NCBI RefSeq assembly: GCF_009734345.1
Contig: NZ_CP032551.1
Location: forward strand, 1,380,001-1,412,000
Source of the DNA: Pseudidiomarina andamanensis
GTDB taxonomy: Bacteria; Pseudomonadota; Gammaproteobacteria; Enterobacterales; Alteromonadaceae
DNA: 32,000 nt
Direction of reading: 5' to 3'
Shown here: piece after piece, positions 1 through 8,798 of the stretch
Layout of the letters: every line of letters begins with the position of its first letter
Position numbering within the stretch: position 1 is the stretch's first letter
Notes under the pieces: model-generated
What the model was told of the DNA's origin: nothing
Seen by the model: only the letters and a program-made list of their open reading frames with translations
Databases searched by the model: none
Made by a program: the position numbers and the translations under genes

Positions 1-132
1 CAGCACTTCGGCGATATCCGCCATGCCCATAGGCGCGCCCGGATGCCCAGAATTCGCTTGCTGCACGGCATCCATGCTTAACGCACGAATAGCATTGGCT
101 AGGTATTTTCGCTCAGTTACTGCTGTTGTCAT
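1..132 (-). CDS. tkt: Transketolase, first 44 codons only (gene runs off the left edge)
   Basis: Too short for the ORF track. My translation of the reverse complement from the ATG at 132-130 is [44 protein letters not shown]. This matches the conserved transketolase N-terminus ([29 protein letters not shown], as in E. coli TktA from memory). It lies downstream of metK on the same strand. Confidence 0.85.
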   Translation of the reverse strand, partial: MTTAVTERKYLANAIRALSMDAVQQANSGHPGAPMGMADIAEVL

Positions 133-138
133 AACAAA

Positions 139-199
139 CCCCGAATTTTAGCGTAAGGAAAAATGCACAAATGGTGCGCGTATTCTCCACAATTCGGGG
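139..199 (-). promoter_or_regulatory. 9-bp stem / 43-nt loop hairpin between the metK stop and the tkt start
   Basis: CCCCGAATT (139-147) pairs perfectly with AATTCGGGG (191-199). On the minus strand the closing arm is followed by TTTGTT and then the tkt ATG. The GGGG run, the only SD-like element, lies inside the stem. Confidence 0.3.
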
Positions 200-211
200 C
201 TTTGACGCAAA

Positions 212-1360
212 TTAGATATCAGCTCGGAGCGCTTCAACCTTATCCGTTTTTTCCCACGGGAACTCATCACGACCGAAGTGGCCATAAGCCGCGGTTGGCT
301 GATAAATTGGGCGTTCGAGGTCGAGCATTTGAATTAAACCGTATGGGCGCAGGTCAAAATGCTTACGTACTAAAGCAATCAATTTTTCTTCGCTGTGCGC
401 ACTGGTTCCGAACGTTTCAATGCTAATTGAGGTCGGCTCTGCAACACCAATGGCATACGATACTTGAATTTCAAGGCGTTCAGCTAAACCTGCTGCGACT
501 AAATTTTTCGCCACATAACGTGCAGCATAAGCGGCACTGCGATCCACTTTTGACGGATCTTTACCAGAGAATGCACCACCACCATGACGTGCCATACCAC
601 CGTACGTATCAACGATAATTTTACGACCGGTTAAACCACAATCGCCCATTGGCCCGCCGATGACAAACTTGCCAGTTGGGTTGATAAAGATACGCTCTTG
701 GCTTTTCGGGAACCACTCTTCAGGTAATACTGGTTTGATAATCGTTTCAATCACCGCTTCGCGGAGATCCTTTTGGCTGATATCTTGATGATGTTGCGTA
801 GATAACACGACCGCATCGATTCCCACCGGACGGCCATCTTCATAAATAAAGGTTAACTGAGATTTCGCATCAGGGCGCAACCACGGCAATGTCCCATTTT
901 TGCGAACTTCTGCTTGGCGCTGCACTAAACGATGTGCGTAAGTGATTGGTGCTGGCATCAGCACGTCTGTTTCATTCGAGGCATAGCCAAACATCAAACC
1001 TTGGTCGCCAGCACCTTGCTCTTCTAACGAGCCACGATCAACCCCTTGGTTAATATCTGGTGATTGCTTACCAATGGCATTGAGTACCGCACACGAGTCC
1101 GCATCAAAGCCCATGTCCGAGTGCACATAGCCAATGTCCCGAACCGTGTTACGCGTGATTTCTTCAATATCGACCCAAGCGTTGGTATTGATTTCACCAC
1201 CAACAAGTACCATGCCAGTTTTCACATAGGTCTCACAGGCAACACGTGCGCGTGGGTCTTGGGTAAGTATCGCATCAAGTACCGCGTCAGAAATTTGGTC
1301 GGCAATTTTGTCTGGATGACCCTCTGATACTGATTCAGAAGTGAATAAATGCTGTGCCAT
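212..1360 (-). CDS. metK: S-adenosylmethionine synthetase
   Basis: ORF 212..1369. Motifs [23 protein letters not shown] and [10 protein letters not shown] trimmed the start to the ATG at 1360 (MAQHLFTSE...), which aligns with the E. coli MAKHLFTSE N-terminus. The track start at 1369 is a TTG. Confidence 0.95.
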   Translation of the reverse strand: MAQHLFTSESVSEGHPDKIADQISDAVLDAILTQDPRARVACETYVKTGMVLVGGEINTNAWVDIEEITRNTVRDIGYVHSDMGFDADSCAVLNAIGKQSPDINQGVDRGSLEEQGAGDQGLMFGYASNETDVLMPAPITYAHRLVQRQAEVRKNGTLPWLRPDAKSQLTFIYEDGRPVGIDAVVLSTQHHQDISQKDLREAVIETIIKPVLPEEWFPKSQERIFINPTGKFVIGGPMGDCGLTGRKIIVDTYGGMARHGGGAFSGKDPSKVDRSAAYAARYVAKNLVAAGLAERLEIQVSYAIGVAEPTSISIETFGTSAHSEEKLIALVRKHFDLRPYGLIQMLDLERPIYQPTAAYGHFGRDEFPWEKTDKVEALRADI

Positions 1361-1390
1361 GCTTTGCAATCTCTAATCAAAGTTGGGAAG

Positions 1391-1430
1391 AAAAAAGTGG
1401 GCGTAGTTTAACTGAACCACGCCCACTTTT
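1391..1430 (-). terminator. Rho-independent terminator downstream of the yahK-like gene
   Basis: Arms AAAAGTGGGCGT (1393-1404) and ACGCCCACTTTT (1419-1430) with a 14-nt loop. On the minus strand the GC core GTGGGCGT/ACGCCCAC is followed by T6. It starts 25 nt after the yahK stop. Confidence 0.7.
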
Positions 1431-1438
1431 CTACATTT

Positions 1439-1454
1439 AGACGTCTAAAAGTCT
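1439..1454 (-). promoter_or_regulatory. Candidate MetJ operator: two tandem 8-bp met boxes upstream of metK
   Basis: The minus strand reads AGACTTTT AGACGTCT (6/8 and 8/8 matches to the met-box consensus AGACGTCT). Both flanking octamers match 4/8. It lies about 80 nt upstream of the metK ATG and abuts the yahK stop codon. Confidence 0.5.
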
Positions 1455-2510
1455 TTATTTCTGTTTTAACGTCGCCATATCAATAACAAAGCGATACTTC
1501 ACGTCGCTTTTGAGCATGCGCTCATACGCTTCGTTAATGTCATCCATAGCAATCATTTCAATGTCTGAGGTGATGCCATGCTCCGCACAGAAATCCAGCA
1601 TTTCTTGGGTTTCTGCAATACCACCAATTAACGAGCCAGCTAAGCTGCGACGTTTGGCGATTAAGTTATAAACTGCCGGTGACGGATGTGATTCTGCCGG
1701 AACACCCACCAATGTCATGGTGCCATTTAGACGCAATAACGTGAGGTAGGCATCCAGATCGTGTGGCGCTGCCACCGTGTTAAGAATGAAGTCTAGGCGA
1801 TTACGCCACGCTTTCATTTGCTCTTCGTCTTTTGAAATCACCACATGATCTGCACCAAGACGTTTGGCATCATCAACTTTGCTTGGTGATGTGGTAAATA
1901 GCACTACTTCAGCTCCCATCGCCTTCGCTATTTTCACCGCCATATGGCCAAGCCCACCTAAGCCAACCACACCAACTTTATGGCCTTCACGCACACCCCA
2001 GTGACGTAATGGCGAATAAGTCGTGATACCAGCACAAAGTAGCGGCGCAACGCCAGCGAGATCAAGCTTGTCGGATACTTTTAAAACGAAATCTTCGTCA
2101 ACGGTAATGCGATTCGAATAACCACCGAATGTCACACCACCCGAGTGTTTGTCTTCACCGTTATAGGTTCCAACAAAACCATTATCGCAATATTGCTCGT
2201 AGCCATCTTCACAGTTGGCACAAGTGCGGCATGAATCCACCATGCAACCCACACCAACGGTATCGCCAACTTGGTACTTTGTGACCTTACTGCCAACGCG
2301 CGTCACCTTGCCGACAATTTCATGGCCCGGCACACATGGAAACACTGTTCCACCCCACTCGTTACGAGCTTGGTGTAAATCAGAGTGACAAACGCCGCAG
2401 TAGGCTATCTCTATTTCAACATCGTTCGCGGTCGGGTCACGACGCTCGAACTCGAAATATTCAAGCGGCTTATCGGCTGCTTGGGCCGCAAATCCTAATG
2501 CTTTTGGCAT
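1455..2510 (-). CDS. yahK: Zn-dependent NADP alcohol/aldehyde reductase, YahK / cinnamyl-alcohol-dehydrogenase family
   Basis: 351 aa. Contains GVCHSDLH...VPGHEIVG (catalytic Zn), a C-x2-C-x2-C-x7-C structural Zn cluster (CRTCANCEDGYEQYC) and the Rossmann motif GLGGLGH. The N-terminal half resembles E. coli YahK. A GGAG lies 5 nt upstream of the ATG, and only 9 nt separate it from the upstream peptidase stop. Confidence 0.85.
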   Translation of the reverse strand: MPKALGFAAQAADKPLEYFEFERRDPTANDVEIEIAYCGVCHSDLHQARNEWGGTVFPCVPGHEIVGKVTRVGSKVTKYQVGDTVGVGCMVDSCRTCANCEDGYEQYCDNGFVGTYNGEDKHSGGVTFGGYSNRITVDEDFVLKVSDKLDLAGVAPLLCAGITTYSPLRHWGVREGHKVGVVGLGGLGHMAVKIAKAMGAEVVLFTTSPSKVDDAKRLGADHVVISKDEEQMKAWRNRLDFILNTVAAPHDLDAYLTLLRLNGTMTLVGVPAESHPSPAVYNLIAKRRSLAGSLIGGIAETQEMLDFCAEHGITSDIEMIAMDDINEAYERMLKSDVKYRFVIDMATLKQK

Positions 2511-2519
2511 GTTTACTCC

Positions 2520-4358
2520 TTAGTTTTCACCGTATAACAATGCTTCATTCACGGTTTGGGTTAATGGGTGATAGCCTGGTTTCGCTTGCTCATAGACTTC
2601 TCGCGCCCATTTTAAATTATCTGGTGTTTTCGCTAATTCACGGTAAAGCGGGCTCACCAATTTATTCCGTCCGATAGTTAGCAAGTAACTACGCAATCTC
2701 TCACGTGCTGGTTCATATTTTTTCACAATCGCGAGTTTTAACCAGGCGTGTGCAATTTCACTATTCTGGCTCTCAGTTAAGCTAAATTCGCGGTCGAGGC
2801 GCGCCATGTTGTTCGCTGAAATATCCAGTGGCAGGTTATTAATAAAGTGCAACCACTCATGGGTGGTCCACGCATCGGTTTGTAATTGACCACCTTTCAG
2901 CCAACGTTGCATCTGCTGCTCTACTTGAGCGAACGCATCGGAGTTCGGTTTAGGGGCGTCTTCTGGTAAACCTGGCTCATGCAACCACTCATTGATTTTA
3001 CTCATGGCGACGGTGTTTGGTTTTTTATCGAGGAGTTCACGTTTTAAGTAAGTTTTAAATTGCTCGGTTGAAATACTCTGAAACGCAAAATCATCAAAGT
3101 ACTGGCGCAAAAACTTATCGAACATCTCACGACCAAATTTTTGCTCGAGGTAAACCAAAAACAATTGGCCCTTCACATAAGGAACTTGCGAGAAAACGTC
3201 ATCAGGGTGACGGGTACCTAAATCGATATTAAGAACAGTATCCTGCGGTCTTAGACGCTCTAAGTCGCCCAGCAAGTCTTGATACCCGAGCGCGAGTTCC
3301 ATATTCGCGCGACGCTCACCAAACAAAGCTTCCATGATGCGGTTTTCAACGTAGCTGGTGAAGCCTTCGTTAATCCAAAGATCTCGCCAACTCGCATTGG
3401 TCACAAGATTACCGGACCAACTATGGGCTAGTTCATGTGCAATCAAATTCACTAAACTGCGATCGCCAGCCACAACCGTTGGGGTAATAAATGATAAGCG
3501 CGGATTCTCCATACCACCAAACGGAAAGCTCGGCGGCAGAATCAGTAAATCGTATCGATCCCAGCGATATGGCCCGTACATCGCTTCCGTTGTTTCAATC
3601 ATTGCCGGAGTATCCGCAAACTCCCAAGCAGCATCATCTAAAATGTACTGTTCGGCGAATACTGCGACATTATCGCTTATTGATTTAATGGCTAAGTCAC
3701 CGGCGGCAATCGCAATTAAGTACGGCGGAATTGGCTGAGGCATGGTGAATTCATAGGTACCAGGGCGCTCATCGCTCAAGCTGTTGTCAGCACTCATCAC
3801 CGCCAACAGGTCTTTCGGTGTGGTAATGGTGGCGTTGTAGGTCAACCGCAACGCTGGGCTGTCTTGAATCGGAATCCAGCTACGTGAGTGTATCGGTTGT
3901 GACTGACTAAACATGAACGGGTGCTGTTTACCCGCCGTCTGCTCTGGTGTGAGCCATTGCAAGCCACTTGCGGTTGGTGCGGTTTGGTAATGAATACGTA
4001 CTTTTTTAGCCACGCTACCAATATCAACAATGAGTTCGCGCCCAAGGCTTGGATGCACATCGCCTAACGTGAATTTCGTCGGTTGCCACTGATCATTAAC
4101 AAGCAGTTCGGCACGCTCAATCGTTAAGTCACTAGTATCAAGATACAGTTGGGTAGTCTCGTCGTGACGCGCCAAGGTATAGGTTGCATGACCTTTCAAT
4201 TTACGCGCTTCGAAATCAACGGTTAAATTGAGATCGAGGTGAGGTGTTGATACTTGGTTCAATCGTGCGTAACTGTGCACATCTTCAGCTTGTGCAGGGC
4301 TACCTACCAGCAAAGCTACAACAAAGCTCAACGACATTACGAATCGCGACAGATACAT
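2520..4358 (-). CDS. Secreted M1-family zinc aminopeptidase (leukotriene A4 hydrolase / cold-active aminopeptidase-like)
   Basis: ORF 2520..4514. Motifs GGMENP (GxMEN), HELAHSWSGN (HExxH) and WINEGFTSY (distal Glu). I place the start at the ATG at 4358 (MYLSRFVMSLSFVVALLVGSPAQA-ED, a signal-peptide-like N-terminus) because AAGGAG sits 9 nt upstream. The ATG at 4367 is an alternative. The longer track ORF would overlap rsmE. Confidence 0.85.
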   Translation of the reverse strand: MYLSRFVMSLSFVVALLVGSPAQAEDVHSYARLNQVSTPHLDLNLTVDFEARKLKGHATYTLARHDETTQLYLDTSDLTIERAELLVNDQWQPTKFTLGDVHPSLGRELIVDIGSVAKKVRIHYQTAPTASGLQWLTPEQTAGKQHPFMFSQSQPIHSRSWIPIQDSPALRLTYNATITTPKDLLAVMSADNSLSDERPGTYEFTMPQPIPPYLIAIAAGDLAIKSISDNVAVFAEQYILDDAAWEFADTPAMIETTEAMYGPYRWDRYDLLILPPSFPFGGMENPRLSFITPTVVAGDRSLVNLIAHELAHSWSGNLVTNASWRDLWINEGFTSYVENRIMEALFGERRANMELALGYQDLLGDLERLRPQDTVLNIDLGTRHPDDVFSQVPYVKGQLFLVYLEQKFGREMFDKFLRQYFDDFAFQSISTEQFKTYLKRELLDKKPNTVAMSKINEWLHEPGLPEDAPKPNSDAFAQVEQQMQRWLKGGQLQTDAWTTHEWLHFINNLPLDISANNMARLDREFSLTESQNSEIAHAWLKLAIVKKYEPARERLRSYLLTIGRNKLVSPLYRELAKTPDNLKWAREVYEQAKPGYHPLTQTVNEALLYGEN

Positions 4359-4497
4359 GTAATTCATCTCCTTGGTTATCACGCTTGAACCATGATCGGT
4401 TGGATGTTCAACAAAATCAAATTTTTTCAAGCTGTCAAACTTTCCGCTGAATGATAAGATGCAAACAACTTTGGATACACAGAAGGGTTTACCTTTC

Positions 4498-5235
4498 ATG
4501 CGCATTCCACGCATTTACCAAGCCGCCTCGAGCCATTGGGCCATCGGCGAAACGATTGAGCTTGAAGCCGATGCAGCGAATCATGTTGGTCGCGTTCTAC
4601 GCATGAACGCAGGACAGCAACTTGAACTTTTTAATGGTGACGGCAGTAATTATGCTGCGACAATTATTGAATCGTCAAAGCGCTCGGTTGTGGTGCAAAT
4701 CGAAGATATGGAAGCCAATGCAACGGAATCAGCTGTGCACATTCATCTCGCCCAGGGTATTTCGCGAGGCGACCGCATGGATTTTGTGCTGCAAAAATCG
4801 GTGGAATTAGGCGTCGCTGAAATCACGCCGCTATTTACGGAACGCTGTGGGGTAAAGCTCAGCGGCGAGCGCTTGTTGAAAAAACAACAACAATGGCAAA
4901 AAATAGTAATCGCCGCGTGTGAACAAAGTGGCCGCAGCAAGGTTCCAACAGTACATACGCCAGTGTCATTCAACCAATGGTTGACGCAGTTGCCCGAAGG
5001 GCTTCGCTTAACACTTGACCCTTATGCTGAAAAGCCTCTGCGCGATCTCGCCGAACAACCGAAGAAGTTGACGCTTTTTATCGGCCCTGAGGGTGGTCTC
5101 ACCGAGCAAGAAGTGACAAGCGCCAGTGAACATAGCTTTTTACCGGTTCGCCTTGGCCCTCGTATTCTGCGCACCGAAACGGCTGCACTAACGGCTTTAA
5201 GTATTATTCAATATCAATTTGGCGACCTCGCCTAA
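4498..5235 (+). CDS. rsmE: 16S rRNA (uracil1498-N3)-methyltransferase
   Basis: ORF 4459..5235, trimmed to the ATG at 4498 (MRIPRIYQ..., the typical RsmE N-terminus). C-terminal SPOUT-type motifs GPEGGLTEQE and LGPRILRTETA. Conserved rsmE-gshB synteny. Confidence 0.85.
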   Translation: MRIPRIYQAASSHWAIGETIELEADAANHVGRVLRMNAGQQLELFNGDGSNYAATIIESSKRSVVVQIEDMEANATESAVHIHLAQGISRGDRMDFVLQKSVELGVAEITPLFTERCGVKLSGERLLKKQQQWQKIVIAACEQSGRSKVPTVHTPVSFNQWLTQLPEGLRLTLDPYAEKPLRDLAEQPKKLTLFIGPEGGLTEQEVTSASEHSFLPVRLGPRILRTETAALTALSIIQYQFGDLA

Positions 5236-5276
5236 CTGTTGGCTAGACGATTGATTAGCCTAATTAAGGAATTCTA

Positions 5277-6224
5277 ATGAAACTTGCGATGATAATGGAC
5301 CCGATTGAATCGGTTAAAACCTACAAAGACACAAGTTTTCGTTTGCTGCTTGAGGCTCAGGCACGTGACTACGAAATCTACTATCTCACCATGAATGATT
5401 TATCACTCATTGAAGGTGAACCAATGGGTAATGCTCGGTCTGTGCAAGTCGTTGATCAACCGACAGATTTTTTCACGCTGGGCGAACCGACGGAAATGAA
5501 CTTAGGCAGCTTTGATGTCATTTTAATGCGCAAAGACCCTCCGTTTGATACCGAGTTCGTTTATGCGACGTACTTATTAGAACTCGCCGAGCGTCGCGGA
5601 GCATTGGTGGTGAACAAGCCGCAGAGTTTGCGCGACTGTAACGAAAAACTATTTACCGCGTGGTTCTCAGATCTCACGCCACCAACTATCGTCACCCGTC
5701 GCGCTGAGCAAATTCGTGCATTCCACGAGCAGCACCGTGACATTATCTTAAAACCATTAGACGGCATGGGTGGCGCTTCAATTTTCCGCGTTCGCGATGA
5801 TGGCACCAATTTAGGTGTGATTATTGAAACGTTAACCCATCACGGTCAGCAGTTCGCGATGGTACAAAAATACCTGCCCGAAATTGCTGACGGTGATAAA
5901 CGCATTTTAATCATCGATGGCGAGCCAATGCCGTATTCCCTCGCTCGCATTCCATCAGCGGGTGAAACGCGAGGTAATTTAGCTGCTGGTGGCAGCGGTC
6001 GCCCGCAACCACTGAGCGAATCAGACTGGGAGCTTGCGCGCCAAGTTGGGCCAGAATTAAAGCGCCGTGGTTTAACCATCGTCGGGTTAGATGTGATTGG
6101 CGATCGCGTGACAGAAATTAATGTCACCAGTCCTACTTGTATGCGTGAAATTGAAGCCGCATATGATATTAATATCGCAGCTAAAGTTTTTGAGGCCATT
6201 GAGCGCCAACTTGGCTTGTGTTGA
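5277..6224 (+). CDS. gshB: Glutathione synthetase (ATP-grasp)
   Basis: 315 aa, the same length class as E. coli GshB. Contains KPLDGMGGASIF and NVTSPTC-type ATP-grasp segments. An AAGGA SD lies upstream. Synteny rsmE-gshB-yqgE-ruvX. Confidence 0.9.
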   Translation: MKLAMIMDPIESVKTYKDTSFRLLLEAQARDYEIYYLTMNDLSLIEGEPMGNARSVQVVDQPTDFFTLGEPTEMNLGSFDVILMRKDPPFDTEFVYATYLLELAERRGALVVNKPQSLRDCNEKLFTAWFSDLTPPTIVTRRAEQIRAFHEQHRDIILKPLDGMGGASIFRVRDDGTNLGVIIETLTHHGQQFAMVQKYLPEIADGDKRILIIDGEPMPYSLARIPSAGETRGNLAAGGSGRPQPLSESDWELARQVGPELKRRGLTIVGLDVIGDRVTEINVTSPTCMREIEAAYDINIAAKVFEAIERQLGLC

Positions 6225-6263
6225 TTGTCGTAAACATCATGCTGTTGCGGAGAAGTTGAACGG

Positions 6264-6830
6264 ATGGAAACCTTACAAAGCCTGCAAAATCACTTTTTAA
6301 TTGCCATGCCGAGCATGGATGACCCGTATTTTGCGCGCACGGTCACCTATATTTGTGAACATAATGCGGAAGGCGCCATGGGGCTCATCATTAATCAACC
6401 GGTGGAACTGAGCGTCGAAGATTTATTGGAAAAGCTCGAAATTGTGATCCCAGAGCATAATCAACGCCTTGACGGCCCTGTTTATTCGGGGGGCCCGCTG
6501 GCTCGTGACCGTGGTTTTGTGTTGCACTCGACGGACCAAAACTGGCGCAGTTCGGTACAATTGAGCGACGATGTTGTCATTACCACCTCAAAAGATATTC
6601 TTGAGGCTATGGGTAAAGGCAATATGCCAAGTGACTACTTACTTACCTTAGGCTATGCGGGCTGGGAGGCTGGTCAACTCGAGCGTGAGCTAGCCGAGAA
6701 TAGTTGGCTGACCATCCCTGCTGATAGCGACATCTTGTTTCACACTCCGAGCAAAGAACGCTGGCAAAAAGCCGTAAAGAAATTAGGCATTCAAACCTGG
6801 CAGCTCGGCCCTGATGTGGGGCATGCATGA
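6264..6830 (+). CDS. yqgE: UPF0301 family protein (YqgE/AlgH)
   Basis: 188 aa. [36 protein letters not shown] closely parallels the E. coli YqgE N-terminal region. Its stop overlaps the ruvX start (ATGA at 6827-6830). Confidence 0.9.
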   Translation: METLQSLQNHFLIAMPSMDDPYFARTVTYICEHNAEGAMGLIINQPVELSVEDLLEKLEIVIPEHNQRLDGPVYSGGPLARDRGFVLHSTDQNWRSSVQLSDDVVITTSKDILEAMGKGNMPSDYLLTLGYAGWEAGQLERELAENSWLTIPADSDILFHTPSKERWQKAVKKLGIQTWQLGPDVGHA

Positions 6831-7237
6831 GCCAAGTTATCGGCTTCGATTTTGGCACTCACAGTATTGGTGTGGCGGTTGGTCAAACAATTACCGGTAC
6901 CGCCTCACCTCTTGCCGCACTCAAGGCTAAAGATGGCCAGCCGAATTGGGATGCGGTCGAAAAGCTGATCAAAGAATGGCAACCTGAGTTTCTGGTGGTT
7001 GGCTTACCGCTGAATATGGATGGCACTGAGCAACCGCTCACCGATCTTGCCCGCAAGTTTGCGAACCGACTCCATGGCCGATTTGGCGTTCGCGTGGTAC
7101 TACAAGACGAGCGCCTCACTACCGTAGCAGCGAAAGAAACGCTATTTGGCCGCGGCGGCTATAAACAATTGCAAAAGGGCAAAGTTGATAGCGCCGCTGC
7201 TCAGTTAATTCTCGAAGACTACTTCAACCAAAATTAA
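6827..7237 (+). CDS. ruvX: Putative pre-16S rRNA nuclease / Holliday-junction-resolvase-like protein YqgF
   Basis: 136 aa. [15 protein letters not shown] is the RNase H-fold YqgF N-terminal motif. Translationally coupled to yqgE. Confidence 0.9.
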   Translation: MSQVIGFDFGTHSIGVAVGQTITGTASPLAALKAKDGQPNWDAVEKLIKEWQPEFLVVGLPLNMDGTEQPLTDLARKFANRLHGRFGVRVVLQDERLTTVAAKETLFGRGGYKQLQKGKVDSAAAQLILEDYFNQN

Positions 7238-8619
7238 AGATTCTCTTCTGCGTATTGTGCCAATGAACTACGCACAACCCCGTTAAGATTGACCGTCGCA
7301 CTGCCTGGATAGTCTTTAAAGCGCTCCACGATATAAGTTAAACCTGACGTAACTGCGGTCAAATAATAACTATCAATCTGCGCTAAGTTACCCGAACAAA
7401 TAATTTTAGTACCGGTACCGCAGCGAGTAATGATTGTTTTCAACTGCGATGCGGTAAGGTTCTGCGATTCATCCAACAACACAATCGCGTTCTGAATGCT
7501 GCGACCACGCATAAAGTTGAGTGATTTGAACTGAATATTTGCCTTGTTCATGATGTAATTCAAGCTAGATTCCATACTTTCATCATGCTTGTGCAATACT
7601 TCTAGCGAGTCAGTAATCGCCGCCAACCAAGGTGCCATTTTCTCTTCTTCTGTGCCCGGCAAATAACCAATCGACTCAGCAATTTCAGGTGTATTCCGTG
7701 TCACAATGATTTTCTCATAAATACCCTGCTCAACGACTAATTCCAATGCCGAAGCTAACGCTAAAAGGGTTTTACCGCTGCCTGCAGGCCCCGTCAGAAT
7801 GACAAGATCAATCGCCGGGTCAAGCAACGCATTCATTGCCATCGCTTGGTAAATGTTCTTCGGTTGGATGCCCCAAGCCCGATAACTCATCATGCGTTCA
7901 AAGCCAATGTCATGAAGACGCACGTGTTGGTTATCGTAACCGACGACCTTCGCCGCAAAATGTTCGGTTTGATCAATGATGTATTGGTTACGAAATACTG
8001 TGGGCAATACTTCGCGTTCCACTTCATGAAAGGTTTCACGTCCCTCTTGCGCGCTGGTTACCTCACCGACGTGTTCCCAGAAATCACCTTCAATTTCGAC
8101 AAAACCTTTTGATAAGAAGCGAATGTCATCAATTAATTGGTCGGTGCGGTAATCCTCCACATGCTTAACTCCAGCGCCTTTGGCTTTGAGTCGCATGTTG
8201 ATATCTTTGGTAACCAGAACCACTTTGGTTTTGGGGTGCTGATGCTGAATTGCTAGTGCCGACTGAATAATTCGGTGGTCGTTCTCTGACAGGTTAAGCA
8301 CCGCATCTTGCTGTTTTAACTGATAGTCTGGAAATATTGCCAAGGTGCCTTGTGCTTGGTGAGCACCTTGCATATTGCTCAACGGAACCCCCGCAATAAT
8401 TTGTTCTGGCGTCGCATCTTTCAATGCATTTTCCAGCGAGCGAATTGCCGTTCGCGCCTCACGACTCACGTCTTTATGGCGATCTTTAATATTATCGAGT
8501 TCTTCTAACACCACCATTGGAATCACAACGTGGTGTTCATCAAAATTCAAAAACGCGAGGGGTTCATGGAGGAGAATGTTGGTATCAAGCAGGTAATACT
8601 TTGGAACGGTTTCAGTCAT
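7234..8619 (-). CDS. PIN-domain + PhoH-like ATPase fusion (PhoH2 / YlaK-type)
   Basis: ORF 7234..8673, trimmed to the ATG at 8619 ([20 protein letters not shown]...) with GAGG about 6 nt upstream. The N-terminal PIN acidic residues lie in LLDTN, VLEELD and VTKDINM. The C-terminal P-loop has GPAGSGKT (Walker A) and VLLDESQN (Walker B-like). Confidence 0.8.
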   Translation of the reverse strand: MTETVPKYYLLDTNILLHEPLAFLNFDEHHVVIPMVVLEELDNIKDRHKDVSREARTAIRSLENALKDATPEQIIAGVPLSNMQGAHQAQGTLAIFPDYQLKQQDAVLNLSENDHRIIQSALAIQHQHPKTKVVLVTKDINMRLKAKGAGVKHVEDYRTDQLIDDIRFLSKGFVEIEGDFWEHVGEVTSAQEGRETFHEVEREVLPTVFRNQYIIDQTEHFAAKVVGYDNQHVRLHDIGFERMMSYRAWGIQPKNIYQAMAMNALLDPAIDLVILTGPAGSGKTLLALASALELVVEQGIYEKIIVTRNTPEIAESIGYLPGTEEEKMAPWLAAITDSLEVLHKHDESMESSLNYIMNKANIQFKSLNFMRGRSIQNAIVLLDESQNLTASQLKTIITRCGTGTKIICSGNLAQIDSYYLTAVTSGLTYIVERFKDYPGSATVNLNGVVRSSLAQYAEENL

Positions 8620-8724
8620 AATGGACCTCAAGCTACGTTGATATTTTAGTGATTGTGATAACGTGCCATTCATTTCTAAGACTAGCCTAACTTTTATGAA
8701 AATGGTGTGAATATTGAAATAATT

Positions 8725-8788
8725 TTCGCTACCATGTGCGCCCTTTTTATCGACTATGCTGTATAGGTCATTTATTCATGGTAGCGAA
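8725..8788 (+). repeat. 12-bp perfect inverted repeat with 40-nt spacer in the ylaK-like/rapA divergent region
   Basis: TTCGCTACCATG (8725-8736) and CATGGTAGCGAA (8777-8788). The right arm ends 10 nt before the rapA ATG at 8799 and contains the alternative ATG at 8778. Confidence 0.6.
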
Positions 8789-8798
8789 CGCAACATCA

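Noticed and set aside
133-211. Possible tRNA or small RNA genes in the larger spacers (133-211, 4359-4497, 8620-8798, 14569-14697, 22456-22624)
   Set aside because: None shows a T-arm GTTCGAATC-like box or cloverleaf-compatible pairing, and none has a promoter-plus-terminator pair delimiting an independent transcript. All are adequately explained as divergent promoter regions or operon spacers.
4389-4417. AT-rich imperfect palindrome TTGAACCA...TGG..GTTCAA in the aminopeptidase/rsmE divergent region
   Set aside because: It is weak (mostly A:T pairs, interrupted), and no known operator consensus was recognised. It cannot be distinguished from the ordinary AT-rich symmetry of promoter DNA.
5985-5992. 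E. coli-type Chi octamer GCTGGTGG inside gshB
   Set aside because: About one occurrence is expected by chance on two strands of 32 kb. No clustering or orientation bias can be assessed from a single site.
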